32,000 nt of DNA from positions 2,866,104 through 2,898,103 of the forward strand of contig NC_004459.3 of NCBI RefSeq assembly GCF_000039765.1. The letters run 5' to 3'. The position numbers were made by a program, and so were the translations under genes. The DNA comes from Vibrio vulnificus CMCP6. Lineage in GTDB: Bacteria > Pseudomonadota > Gammaproteobacteria > Enterobacterales > Vibrionaceae. The notes under the pieces are model-generated. The model worked only from the letters and a program-made list of their open reading frames with translations, made no database searches and was not told where the DNA came from. Shown piece by piece: positions 1 to 9,942 of the stretch (position 1 is the stretch's first letter; each line of letters begins with the position of its first letter).

Positions 1-84
1 GGTGTCTCACTCGTTGCCGAGCACGGTAAGCGCTATCTATACGCCTCTCAGATCCCTAATCTCAGTGATACGTTTGCTACGTAA
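1..84 (+). CDS. C-terminal fragment of an unidentified protein that begins outside the window
   Basis: Frame 1 is open from base 1 to TAA at 82-84 (GVSLVAEHGKRYLYASQIPNLSDTFAT*). Too short to identify or to be in the ORF track. Confidence 0.4.
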   Translation, partial: GVSLVAEHGKRYLYASQIPNLSDTFAT

Positions 85-110
85 AAATAAGCAATACAAA
101 AACAAGCGAC

Positions 111-137
111 AAAAAAGCCACCCGAATCTGGATGGCT
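111..137 (-). terminator. Rho-independent terminator of the downstream end of the GGDEF gene
   Basis: agccaccc-gaatct-ggatggct stem with one mismatch, flanked by aaaaaa on the plus strand (U-run in the minus transcript). Confidence 0.55.
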
Positions 138-164
138 TCGTCTGTTCAAGGCAATTGCCGAGCT

Positions 165-1496
165 CTAACCGCATTCGCTGGTTATCTTCTGCATACCGTA
201 ATTCACTTCGACTCGGTTACGGCCGCGATGTTTGGCTTGATAGAGTGCGTCATCAGCACGAGCAAGAAACTCCGTTACCCGTTCTTCCTGCATCTGCGCC
301 ACGCCGATACTGCAAGTAAGCATGCCACCATGCACCCAAAGATGATTCGAAACATTTTTACGAATCATTTCTGCTTTTTCTACTGCTTGTTGCAGCGTGG
401 TTTCTGGAAGAAAGACGATAAACTCCTCACCGCCCCATCGAACTAAGCGTTCACCTTCTTCTAAAGAACTGGCGACCACCAGCACGAATTCACGTAAGAT
501 GTCGTCTCCCATTTGATGGCCATAACGGTCATTGACACGCTTGAACTTATCCAGATCCAGATAGAGAACTGAAAGCTGTTCTTGCCCCCAACGTACCGTA
601 CGCGCTTTTTTCTCCAACCAAGTTCGAACCGCATGACGGTTCATCGCTCCCGTCAACGCATCGCGGTGAGCAAGTTCAGCAAACTCGTAATTCTGCGCGC
701 GAAGATCCGCATTCATCTTCTTTAAATGCTCTTGGCGAAAACGAGACTCAGCTAGGGTGTGCTTACTTTTACGTAGTTCATTCAAAGAAAACGCCAGTCC
801 CAATAATACCCAAGAAAGCAACAAAGCAAACAACAGGGTTTCCTGAGCTAAATACGCACCTTCAAACTCAATGCGTTCAATACGGATATGATGCTCTCCA
901 TTTGCCGCTCCTGAGCCTGTCGCCAACTCAATTCGTGTCACGTTGGAATATTCTGGTGCAGAATGTTCAATTGGAATCTTATTGTCGGCTAGCCACCAGG
1001 TCATGACTTGCAAGTTCGCCAACGGGATCTCAATGGTTTCCATGCTGGCACTCGGTGTGAACTCCATGCCGTTGTATTTGTAAGTGTACTCATTATCTGC
1101 GGTGGAATAAGCCGGATTAAAATTGCGCAAATAGAAGCGTAATCGACCATTGGATTCGCCCGTTTTGTCGTAGCTGAGTTTGAGCCGGATGGTGTGGTAG
1201 TTGGAAAGGTCGATACCTTTAGTCGCTTCAAGTGTGTCAGTAAAAATCGAAATGCCACAGTAAGGCCACGGGTAGTTAGCCGTTTGCATGTTACAGCTTA
1301 AATCTATCGTTTGGCCATCAATCGCCATTTCCGTCGTCGTAATACCGCCTGCTGCCCGATCATCGGTGGCAAAATAAGCAAAACGTTCTGGTGTGATGAC
1401 AAGTTTTCTCGTGTCACCTAACACACTATAAAGCGCGACTAAACTGATGGTACATATTGCGAGAGCAAAAATAAGTTTATGTATCCATTTCATCAT
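165..1496 (-). CDS. Membrane-anchored diguanylate cyclase: N-terminal TM, periplasmic carbohydrate-binding-like domain, second TM, coiled coil, GGDEF domain
   Basis: Hydrophobic N-terminus, second hydrophobic stretch (LLFALLLSWVLLGLAFSL), then DALTGAMNR, YLDLDKFKRVNDRYGHQMGD and RWGGEEFIVFLP, all GGDEF hallmarks. Confidence 0.93.
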   Translation of the reverse strand: MMKWIHKLIFALAICTISLVALYSVLGDTRKLVITPERFAYFATDDRAAGGITTTEMAIDGQTIDLSCNMQTANYPWPYCGISIFTDTLEATKGIDLSNYHTIRLKLSYDKTGESNGRLRFYLRNFNPAYSTADNEYTYKYNGMEFTPSASMETIEIPLANLQVMTWWLADNKIPIEHSAPEYSNVTRIELATGSGAANGEHHIRIERIEFEGAYLAQETLLFALLLSWVLLGLAFSLNELRKSKHTLAESRFRQEHLKKMNADLRAQNYEFAELAHRDALTGAMNRHAVRTWLEKKARTVRWGQEQLSVLYLDLDKFKRVNDRYGHQMGDDILREFVLVVASSLEEGERLVRWGGEEFIVFLPETTLQQAVEKAEMIRKNVSNHLWVHGGMLTCSIGVAQMQEERVTEFLARADDALYQAKHRGRNRVEVNYGMQKITSECG

Positions 1497-1810
1497 CAGC
1501 CTCCAAAAAACAACTCAACTTACTATTTAATATTTAATGTCAATCTTTTTATTGTTATTTTTTTACCTTTCTCAATAGCGACACACTATACCATGCGGAA
1601 TAAGTGTGATGTTAATTCCAACGTAAATTAGCGTTCAGTTATGTAAGCAAATGCGACCTGGTTCACGCTGTTAAATAAGTTTTATAACAATAACTAAACC
1701 ACTGGATAACCACTATCACCTCAATGGGGGATGGTAATCGCGATAACGCGAACCGACTCGCAACCTGCATTTTGTTACCGTTTGGGTATATACTTCCGCA
1801 AAAACAAATA

Positions 1811-2647
1811 ATGAGTAATGTCATGACTACAAATGCGAAAGGCACGCTGGATAAAATGCGTGCAACTTTAGAGGGTGTGGTGCAATACCGATTGCCTGTT
1901 GGAGACACTGAAATCGAGTTGACGCCGTTTATCGGCCAGAGCATCACCCTTACCCACACAGGCAACATCTTTTGTTGTTCATGCGGTAAAAAAACCAAGA
2001 AGAGCTATGCGCAAGGTCACTGCTATGTTTGCATGAGTAAATTGGCAAGTTGTGATATGTGCATCATGAAGCCAGAAACCTGCCATTACGATCAAGGTAC
2101 CTGTCGTGAACCCGAATGGGCAGACACACACTGCATGGTTGATCACTATGTTTATCTTTCGAATACCTCTAGCCTTAAGGTTGGCATTACACGCCATACA
2201 CAGATCCCAACCCGCTGGATCGATCAAGGTGCGACGCAAGGCTTACCGATTCTGAAAGTGAAGACTCGCCAAATCTCCGGCCTGATTGAAGTCGAGCTGG
2301 CGAAGCACATTGCGGATAAAACCAATTGGCAAGCGTTACTCAAAGGGGATGGCACGCCCCTTCCGCTTGAAGAGCGAGCGCAACAACTGCTGCCATTGAT
2401 TGAAGAGAAAATCTGTGAAATTCGCGCCAAGTACGGCGATGACAGTATCGAGATTCTTCAGGACGTAACCACCAGCATCCAATACCCAGTGGAGCAACAT
2501 CCAAGCAAAATCAAGTCGCACAACTTTGATAAAAATCCGCTGGTGAGTGGTGTACTTCAAGGCATTAAGGGGCAGTATCTGATTTTGGATACGGGCGTGA
2601 TTAATGTTCGCAAATTCACCTCTTATGAAGTGGAATTTGAAGCCTAA
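1811..2647 (+). CDS. DUF2797 family protein
   Basis: ORF 1724..2647; the ATG at 1811 (MSNVMTTNAKG) is the likelier start. Cys-rich segment CCSCGKKTKKSYAQGHCYVCMSKLASCDMCIMKPETCHYDQGTC and the VYLSNTSSLKVGITR motif fit DUF2797. Confidence 0.8.
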   Translation: MSNVMTTNAKGTLDKMRATLEGVVQYRLPVGDTEIELTPFIGQSITLTHTGNIFCCSCGKKTKKSYAQGHCYVCMSKLASCDMCIMKPETCHYDQGTCREPEWADTHCMVDHYVYLSNTSSLKVGITRHTQIPTRWIDQGATQGLPILKVKTRQISGLIEVELAKHIADKTNWQALLKGDGTPLPLEERAQQLLPLIEEKICEIRAKYGDDSIEILQDVTTSIQYPVEQHPSKIKSHNFDKNPLVSGVLQGIKGQYLILDTGVINVRKFTSYEVEFEA

Positions 2648-2685
2648 TGATACAAAAGAGCCAGCATTCGCTGGCTCTTTCCTTA

Positions 2686-3930
2686 CTATGCACTCGGTTG
2701 ATCGACAATACTCTCTAAAACATTAAACAACAAGTCGACCTCTTCGACCGTGTTGTAATGCATGCAACCAATCCGAATCACTCCGCCGCTGAACTCCAAC
2801 CCTAATTGCCGAATCAGGCCAAGGGCATAAAAGTGACCATTCCAGACACAGATGTTGTGCTCACCCAGTGTTTTTGCCATGAACTCTGGAGAATAGCCCT
2901 TCACTGTAATCGCAAATGTCGGGGTACGTTTATCACTTGATGCGTCGTTGATGCCGTATAACGTGACCCCATCAAGTGCCGACAAACGCTGCAAAAAATG
3001 CTGGCTTAATGTTTGCTCATGTTGAGCATAACGCGCGTAACTTTGCTCTAGCCGCTGGCGCAAACTAGCACCTTCTTCTCCGAACTGAGCGAGGTACTCA
3101 ATGGCTGCAGACACACCCGCTAAGCCTTCAAAGCTTTGCGTACCTGTTTCAAAACGGCCCGGCCCAATGTTCGTGGCAGGCTCCACTTTATAAGGGCGCA
3201 GCGTCTCCAACCAAGGGGAAGCGACATAAGCAATGCCCACATGAGGACCAAAAAACTTGTATGCCGAGCAGGCAAGAAAGTCACAACCCAAGGCTTGCAC
3301 ATCCACTAAGTGGTGCGGCAAATAGTGCACCGCATCGACATACACCAAAGCGCCCACACTTCGAGCTAACTTCACCACTGACGCAATATCAACAATGGTG
3401 CCCGTGGTATTCGAGGCAAAGGTGACGGCCACTAATTTTGTGCGAGCATTGAGCAACTGTTTGAAGTGTTCCATATCCAAAGTGCAATCTTCAGGGTTAA
3501 CCCGCACTTGGTGAACGGTCACGCCTTTGTCTTCTGCTGCCTGCTCCCAGCTCGAGACATTGGAATAGTGATCCAACGCGGTGACAATAACTTCATCCCC
3601 CGCCTGCCAATCTCGGCTAATGGCTCGACTTAACTGAAACGTCAAAGAGGTCATATTCGCACCGAAGACAATATTGTCTTGCGATGGCGCATTGAGTAAT
3701 GCTTGCGCAGATTGGCGCGCTTGCTTCATTACCTCAACCGTCTTGTGACTGGAAAAATAGTGCCCGCCTAAGTTCGAGTTAAAATGCCCGAGGTAGCCGA
3801 CCATGGCATCCAACACAGATTGCGGTACTTGAGATCCGCCCGGCCCGTCAAAAAACGTTACTGGTCTTTGGTTATGATACTGTGCCAACGCAGGAAACTG
3901 CGCTCGAACTTGATTAGGCGACCAATTCAT
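2686..3930 (-). CDS. Aminotransferase class V / cysteine desulfurase-like PLP enzyme
   Basis: FFDGPGGSQVP N-terminus, VDAVHYLPHH, SAYKFFGPHVG (PLP lysine) and RIGCMHYNTVEEVD near the C-terminus are fold-type I class V features. Confidence 0.85.
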   Translation of the reverse strand: MNWSPNQVRAQFPALAQYHNQRPVTFFDGPGGSQVPQSVLDAMVGYLGHFNSNLGGHYFSSHKTVEVMKQARQSAQALLNAPSQDNIVFGANMTSLTFQLSRAISRDWQAGDEVIVTALDHYSNVSSWEQAAEDKGVTVHQVRVNPEDCTLDMEHFKQLLNARTKLVAVTFASNTTGTIVDIASVVKLARSVGALVYVDAVHYLPHHLVDVQALGCDFLACSAYKFFGPHVGIAYVASPWLETLRPYKVEPATNIGPGRFETGTQSFEGLAGVSAAIEYLAQFGEEGASLRQRLEQSYARYAQHEQTLSQHFLQRLSALDGVTLYGINDASSDKRTPTFAITVKGYSPEFMAKTLGEHNICVWNGHFYALGLIRQLGLEFSGGVIRIGCMHYNTVEEVDLLFNVLESIVDQPSA

Positions 3931-4573
3931 GTGCCATTCCTTTTGCCGTCAACACAAACACATCCATATGACCTTCTCGTTCTTGTTCAATAGCGCGAAT
4001 GGGTTTGGCGTTGTGCCACAACTTGTTGTCTGCCAGCATCGCGATTTCGCCATTATTCAACACTTTTCTAAAAAACGGCTCAGAGTGAAAATCACTGTAC
4101 AGCATGATATCCCCCCCTTCGATGTTATTGCGGCCAACACCAACAATCGCAATATGATCAAATCCATCTTGGTGCACGCCTTCAGGGGCGACTTGCGTCT
4201 CGTCATATATTGCGGTAATGCGGATTTGATGCACTTCGATTTCCTGTCCATCTCTCAGGTCATTCTTCACCGCAAACAACTGACACATTTCACGAAAACC
4301 TTCGCTGTTTAGTGTGCTCTTTTCAATCGGAGAAAACTGTCGAACCACATCACCTTGGAAACGGTTGATATCTGAAGTCTGTACAAAGTCATGCTTGTCC
4401 AACTCAATCACGCTACCTTGATGCAAGGAGACGACGGAATAGCGTCTTAAACGGAATTTGCCATCCGCATGCTCCGTGTGGGGTAACTTGGAAAAAGATG
4501 GCGACAACTGTTCAATTGCGCGACGGCTGAGTTGAGTTAAATGTAGGGTACTCTCGTGCGAATGTAGCATCAT
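3914..4573 (-). CDS. 2OG-Fe(II) dioxygenase-like protein (PF10014-type)
   Basis: VAPEGVHQDGFDHIAIVGVGRNNIEGGD with HxD metal-binding motif and distal His in LWHNAKPI. Good RBS (aaaggagtga) before ATG. Confidence 0.75.
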   Translation of the reverse strand: MMLHSHESTLHLTQLSRRAIEQLSPSFSKLPHTEHADGKFRLRRYSVVSLHQGSVIELDKHDFVQTSDINRFQGDVVRQFSPIEKSTLNSEGFREMCQLFAVKNDLRDGQEIEVHQIRITAIYDETQVAPEGVHQDGFDHIAIVGVGRNNIEGGDIMLYSDFHSEPFFRKVLNNGEIAMLADNKLWHNAKPIRAIEQEREGHMDVFVLTAKGMAHELVA

Positions 4574-4878
4574 TCACTCCTTTGATTGATACATTTGTTA
4601 TTTTATTGTTAAACACAACTCAGACAGAATAATGCCAAATATCGCAAGATCAACTTTACACCACAAAAAATTCCAACCAAGAACAAAATAAAGCATTTAA
4701 TTCCAGAATATAAGAAAAGACCAACACACAACACCAAAACAAAAACTTAACATTTTCAAAAAGCAGTTCAGTATTCTGCTAGGAAGAACTGAAGCTTAAA
4801 AAATCAATCAGATAGAGTATTTCTCTTTATAATCGAAACCCTTATCCGTCGCTCCCTCTACAGATGAAGCTAGCTATA

Positions 4879-5144
4879 TATACCTAAGTGACTTTACGAT
4901 GCAGGATTCAGAGCTTCATAATCTGGTTCAGTTCCAGGAAGAGAACGCAGCGGAATGGCGAGTCCTTTCCAAGTTCTTTGACGCAGAAATGAGACAGAAC
5001 ACGCGCTCCCAAAGGCGAGTTTAACTGGCCTCCATACTGCGTTATCGATTCTCGATGTAGAATGACGAGACCGTCAAATCAATGCCTTGTCTAAAGACCA
5101 GTTAACTCTCGCTGAAACTCGCATCTCGAGGTGACTTGGGTATA
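4879..5144. repeat. ~266-bp intergenic element bounded by imperfect inverted repeats (ERIC/MITE-like)
   Basis: Left end tatacctaagtgactttacgatgcaggattcag versus reverse complement of the right end tatacccaagtcacctcgagatgcgagtttcag. Non-coding and between genes. Confidence 0.6.
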
Positions 5145-5238
5145 ACCTATAACCAGAAATTCGTTATAACCTATTGGTTTATTCTTTTATTGACCGTGAC
5201 TTTTCCATACAATCTGAAGAAACTTAACTGCCCGCTAG

Positions 5239-6207
<969 letters not shown>

Positions 6208-6234
6208 CTTTTCACATTTGTGTCATATCCTTAC

Positions 6235-6266
6235 AGCCCGGCGGTATTCCCGCCGGGCTTTCTTTT
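6235..6266 (+). terminator. Rho-independent terminator after trxB
   Basis: AGCCCGGCGG-tattc-CCGCCGGGCT, perfect 10-bp stem followed by ttctttt. Confidence 0.8.
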
Positions 6267-6314
6267 GTATACTAGGCCCCCTCTTAATAAAACAATTATC
6301 ATTAAGCCTTCAAG

Positions 6315-8102
6315 ATGGATAAAAAGAAACAACGCAGCTTGAATCTGTGGCTCAAACAGCAAAGCAAACTAGCCAAACGCTGGTTAATGATTGCCGTTGG
6401 CCTTGGCGTACTATCAAGTGTGTTTTTGTTGGCACAAGCCGCCTTGCTCGCCACCATTCTTCATCAATTAATCATTGAGAAAGTCGACAAACATCAGCTC
6501 ATTACTCATTTCATCGCTCTTGTAGCACTGATTGGCCTGCGTGCTCTTTGCTCATGGGGTCGCGAGATTGCTGGCTACCGTTGCGGCGAGCAAATTCGCA
6601 TCTACATCCGCCAGTTGATTTTCGATAAGCTGCGAGAGCTCGGCCCGGCGTACATTAAAGGCAAGCCTGCTGGAGCATGGGCAACCTTAGTTCTTGAACA
6701 GGTTGAGAATATGCAGGATTTCTTTGCTCGCTATCTGCCGCAAATGTCCTTAGCCGTGCTGGTGCCGTTTGTGATTCTTATTGTTGTTTTTCCTGTCAAC
6801 TGGGCTGCTGGGCTTATTTTCTTGATTACCGCACCATTGGTCCCTCTATTTATGGCGATGGTGGGCATTAAAGCTGCTGACGCCAACAGAAAAAATTTCA
6901 AAGCGCTTCAACGTCTGTCTGGTCATTTTTATGATCGCTTACAAGCGATGACGACGATTCGCCTTTTTGATCGTACTCACGCTGAAGTCGAAGTGATGCG
7001 TGGTGCATCCGAAGTGTTCCGCACTCGAACGATGGACGTATTGAAAATTGCGTTTTTGTCTTCAGCGGTTCTCGAATTCTTTACTTCGATCTCGATTGCT
7101 CTCACTGCCGTTTACTTTGGTTTTGCTTTTATCGGCGAACTTAACTTCGGCGACTATGGTGCAGGCGTCACTCTGTTTTCGGGTTTGTTTATTTTGATCC
7201 TCGCTCCAGAGTTTTATCAGCCCCTTCGTGACCTGGGTACTTTCTACCACGCCAAGCAACAAGCGGTGGGGGCAGCAGAGAGCATCGTTGAGTTCTTGGA
7301 AACTGACGTCAGCACAGTGCGCAGCGGCGAGCAACAAATTGAACAAGGTCAACCTATCACCATCAAAGCGGAACACTTAGAAGTGTTTTCACCGGAAGGG
7401 AAAAAGCTACTTGGCCCAGTGAGCTTTAACATTGCCGCTCAACAAACCACGGCGCTTGTCGGTCCCAGTGGTGCAGGGAAAACCAGCTTGATTAACGCAT
7501 TATTGGGATTCTTGCCTTATCAAGGGTCATTAACCATCAATGGCATCGAAAGAACGGAGCTTGACCTTGCTCAGTGGCGCAGCCAGATCAGTTGGGTGGG
7601 ACAAAATCCGCTGCTCCTCCATGGAACTATTCGCGACAACGTCAGTTTAGGCAAGTCGGATATCAGCGATACCGATATCCAAGTGGCACTTGAAAATGCA
7701 TTTGCTGCCGAGTTTGTCAGCCAACACGGATTGGATTACGCCATTTCTGATCGTTCTGGGGGCTTATCCGTCGGCCAAGCACAACGTCTTGCTCTTGCTC
7801 GAGCGATGGTACAAAACGGCCAGTTTTGGCTACTCGATGAGCCCACAGCTAGCCTCGATGCTCGCAGCGAACGTTTGGTGATGCAAGGCCTCGAAGGACA
7901 AATAGCGGGTAAAACAGCGCTCATGGTCACTCACCAATTAACACCGCTTAAACAAGTCGATTCCATCCTTGTGATGCGTGCTGGTGACATTGTTCAAGCA
8001 GGCAGTTATGACGAACTTGCTCATCAAGAAGGCTTGTTCCAAGAAATGTTATTGGCTAACCAAGCCCTCAAGCAACTTGATAAGGGGAATCTTGATGCGT
8101 GA
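6315..8102 (+). CDS. cydD: Heterodimeric ABC exporter subunit CydD (glutathione/cysteine export)
   Basis: Six-TM ABC domain, Walker A GPSGAGKTSL, LSVGQAQRLALARAM, Walker B WLLDEPTASLD; followed by cydC. Confidence 0.95.
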   Translation: MDKKKQRSLNLWLKQQSKLAKRWLMIAVGLGVLSSVFLLAQAALLATILHQLIIEKVDKHQLITHFIALVALIGLRALCSWGREIAGYRCGEQIRIYIRQLIFDKLRELGPAYIKGKPAGAWATLVLEQVENMQDFFARYLPQMSLAVLVPFVILIVVFPVNWAAGLIFLITAPLVPLFMAMVGIKAADANRKNFKALQRLSGHFYDRLQAMTTIRLFDRTHAEVEVMRGASEVFRTRTMDVLKIAFLSSAVLEFFTSISIALTAVYFGFAFIGELNFGDYGAGVTLFSGLFILILAPEFYQPLRDLGTFYHAKQQAVGAAESIVEFLETDVSTVRSGEQQIEQGQPITIKAEHLEVFSPEGKKLLGPVSFNIAAQQTTALVGPSGAGKTSLINALLGFLPYQGSLTINGIERTELDLAQWRSQISWVGQNPLLLHGTIRDNVSLGKSDISDTDIQVALENAFAAEFVSQHGLDYAISDRSGGLSVGQAQRLALARAMVQNGQFWLLDEPTASLDARSERLVMQGLEGQIAGKTALMVTHQLTPLKQVDSILVMRAGDIVQAGSYDELAHQEGLFQEMLLANQALKQLDKGNLDA

Positions 8103-9816
8103 TTTAATTCCCTTCCTAAAACTGTATAAGAAACACTGGTTTGGTCTCTCTCTAGGGATGCTACTGGCGTTTTTAACGCTGTTCGCTTCTATTGGCCTAC
8201 TCACTTTGTCAGGCTGGTTTCTTTCTGCCGCAGCCATTGCCGGATTGACCATTGCTCGTGAAACATTCAACTACATGCTGCCTGGGGCATTTGTGCGTGG
8301 TTTTGCGATGGGACGAACAGCGGGACGTTGGGGCGAAAGAGTGGTCAGCCATAACGCGACCTTCAAGCTCTTGACTGACCTGCGTATTTTCTTTTTCTCT
8401 AAGTTAGCGCCGCTGATCCCAGGACGAGTCTCCAATCTTCGTGACGCCGATTTGCTTAACCGCTTGGTAGCAGACATTGACGCAATGGATCATGTTTATT
8501 TGCGTTTGATCAGCCCTATGGTCGTCGGCACACTTGGCATACTGGGCTTAACGGCCGTGCTGTGTTGGTTTGATATGACATTGGGCCTAACACTGGGGGC
8601 AATTCTGACTCTGCTACTGCTACTCTGGCCTGTCCTTTTCTACAAGCTAGGGAAAAGCAATGGACAAGCGCTAACCCACAATAAAGCAGAGCTGCGTGTT
8701 GCAACTTTGGACTGGTTGCAAGGTTACAGTGAACTGACACTCTTTGGTGCCGAATCACGCTACCACCACGCTATTTTGCATGTACAAGAGAAATTACTGA
8801 AAAACCAATACTTTAACGCCCATTTTTCTGGTTTGGCACAAGCGTTATTGATGCTCGCAAACGGTTGGACCTTGGTATTGATGCTTTGGCTTGCCGCAGA
8901 TGGCGTCGGTGGTAACGCACCCGATCCTATGATTGCACTAGTGGCCTTCGCCACCATGGCAAGCGTAGAACTGCTCATGCCAATTGCGGGCGCTTTCCAG
9001 CACCTTGGTCAAACCTTAACGTCCGCCCGTCGCCTCAATGAAGTTATTCTGGCTGAACCTGAAGTCCGTTTTGCCAAAGAGGATGTGGCTCACTCTGGTG
9101 AATACTCTATTGACTATCAGGCCGTATCGTTCAAATACCCGGATAGCCAAAGTATGGCCCTGAGCAATGTCAGCTTGACGATTCCAGCCCAGCACAAAGT
9201 GGCCATTGTCGGCCAAACGGGCTCAGGAAAATCAACCTTGCTGCAACTGCTCAATCGTTATTGGGATGTTAATCAAGGCTCTATCTTGCTTGCAGGCAAA
9301 CCGATCACCGAGTGGAGTGAAAGCCAGCTACGCCGCTCCATCAGTGTTGTAAGTCAACGTGTAGATATCTTAAACGGATCGTTACGAGACAATTTATTGA
9401 TGGCCTCCCCTAGCGCAACCGACGAACAATTGTCTGACATGCTCACCAAAGTCGGGCTAGAAAAACTGCTTGACGATAACGGGCTATCCGCATGGCTTGG
9501 CGAAGGTGGTCGCCAGTTATCCGGTGGTGAAAAACGCCGTATCGGTATTGCAAGAGCCTTGCTACACAATGCACCAATCTTACTGCTTGATGAACCGACA
9601 GAGGGCTTAGATAAGCAGACGGAACAGCAGATCATGCAGTTACTTGAAGCGCACTTTGACGGGAAAACCGTACTCTTCATTACACACCGTTTGGTCAACC
9701 TCGACAAAATGGACAGCATTTGCCTAATCGAACAAGGTAAGATTGTCGAATATGGTCACCATCAAGCGCTTTTAGCCGCTCGTGGTCGCTATTTTGAACT
9801 CAACCAAACGCTGTAA
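8095..9816 (+). CDS. cydC: Heterodimeric ABC exporter subunit CydC
   Basis: MRDLIPFLKLYKKHWFGLSLGMLLAFLTLFASIGLLTLSGWFLSAAAIAG, Walker A GQTGSGKSTLL, signature LSGGEKRRIGIARALL. ATG at 8095 overlaps the cydD end by 8 nt. Confidence 0.95.
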   Translation: MRDLIPFLKLYKKHWFGLSLGMLLAFLTLFASIGLLTLSGWFLSAAAIAGLTIARETFNYMLPGAFVRGFAMGRTAGRWGERVVSHNATFKLLTDLRIFFFSKLAPLIPGRVSNLRDADLLNRLVADIDAMDHVYLRLISPMVVGTLGILGLTAVLCWFDMTLGLTLGAILTLLLLLWPVLFYKLGKSNGQALTHNKAELRVATLDWLQGYSELTLFGAESRYHHAILHVQEKLLKNQYFNAHFSGLAQALLMLANGWTLVLMLWLAADGVGGNAPDPMIALVAFATMASVELLMPIAGAFQHLGQTLTSARRLNEVILAEPEVRFAKEDVAHSGEYSIDYQAVSFKYPDSQSMALSNVSLTIPAQHKVAIVGQTGSGKSTLLQLLNRYWDVNQGSILLAGKPITEWSESQLRRSISVVSQRVDILNGSLRDNLLMASPSATDEQLSDMLTKVGLEKLLDDNGLSAWLGEGGRQLSGGEKRRIGIARALLHNAPILLLDEPTEGLDKQTEQQIMQLLEAHFDGKTVLFITHRLVNLDKMDSICLIEQGKIVEYGHHQALLAARGRYFELNQTL

Positions 9817-9888
9817 ATTGCACTGCTATCACCTTTTAAATGGCTGGGCAGTATTACTCAGCCATCAATAGGACAATGGCAAACAAGA

Positions 9889-9920
9889 AAAAGGGAAGTG
9901 CTTACGCACTTCCCTTTGTT
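9889..9920. terminator. Bidirectional terminator between cydC and serC
   Basis: aaagggaagtgc-ttac-gcacttccctttg with A/T-rich tracts on both sides, between convergent genes. Confidence 0.8.
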
Positions 9921-9942
9921 TTTCTCATCTATCGCACTGAAA

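Noticed and set aside
1001-1258. Antisense ORF inside the GGDEF gene, along with many similar antisense/overlapping ORFs in the track (e.g. 3120..3302, 7062..7376, 13128..13550, 20892..21101, 25658..25894, 29253..29525)
   Set aside because: Low-complexity, no recognisable domain or RBS, fully contained in well-supported genes on the other strand.
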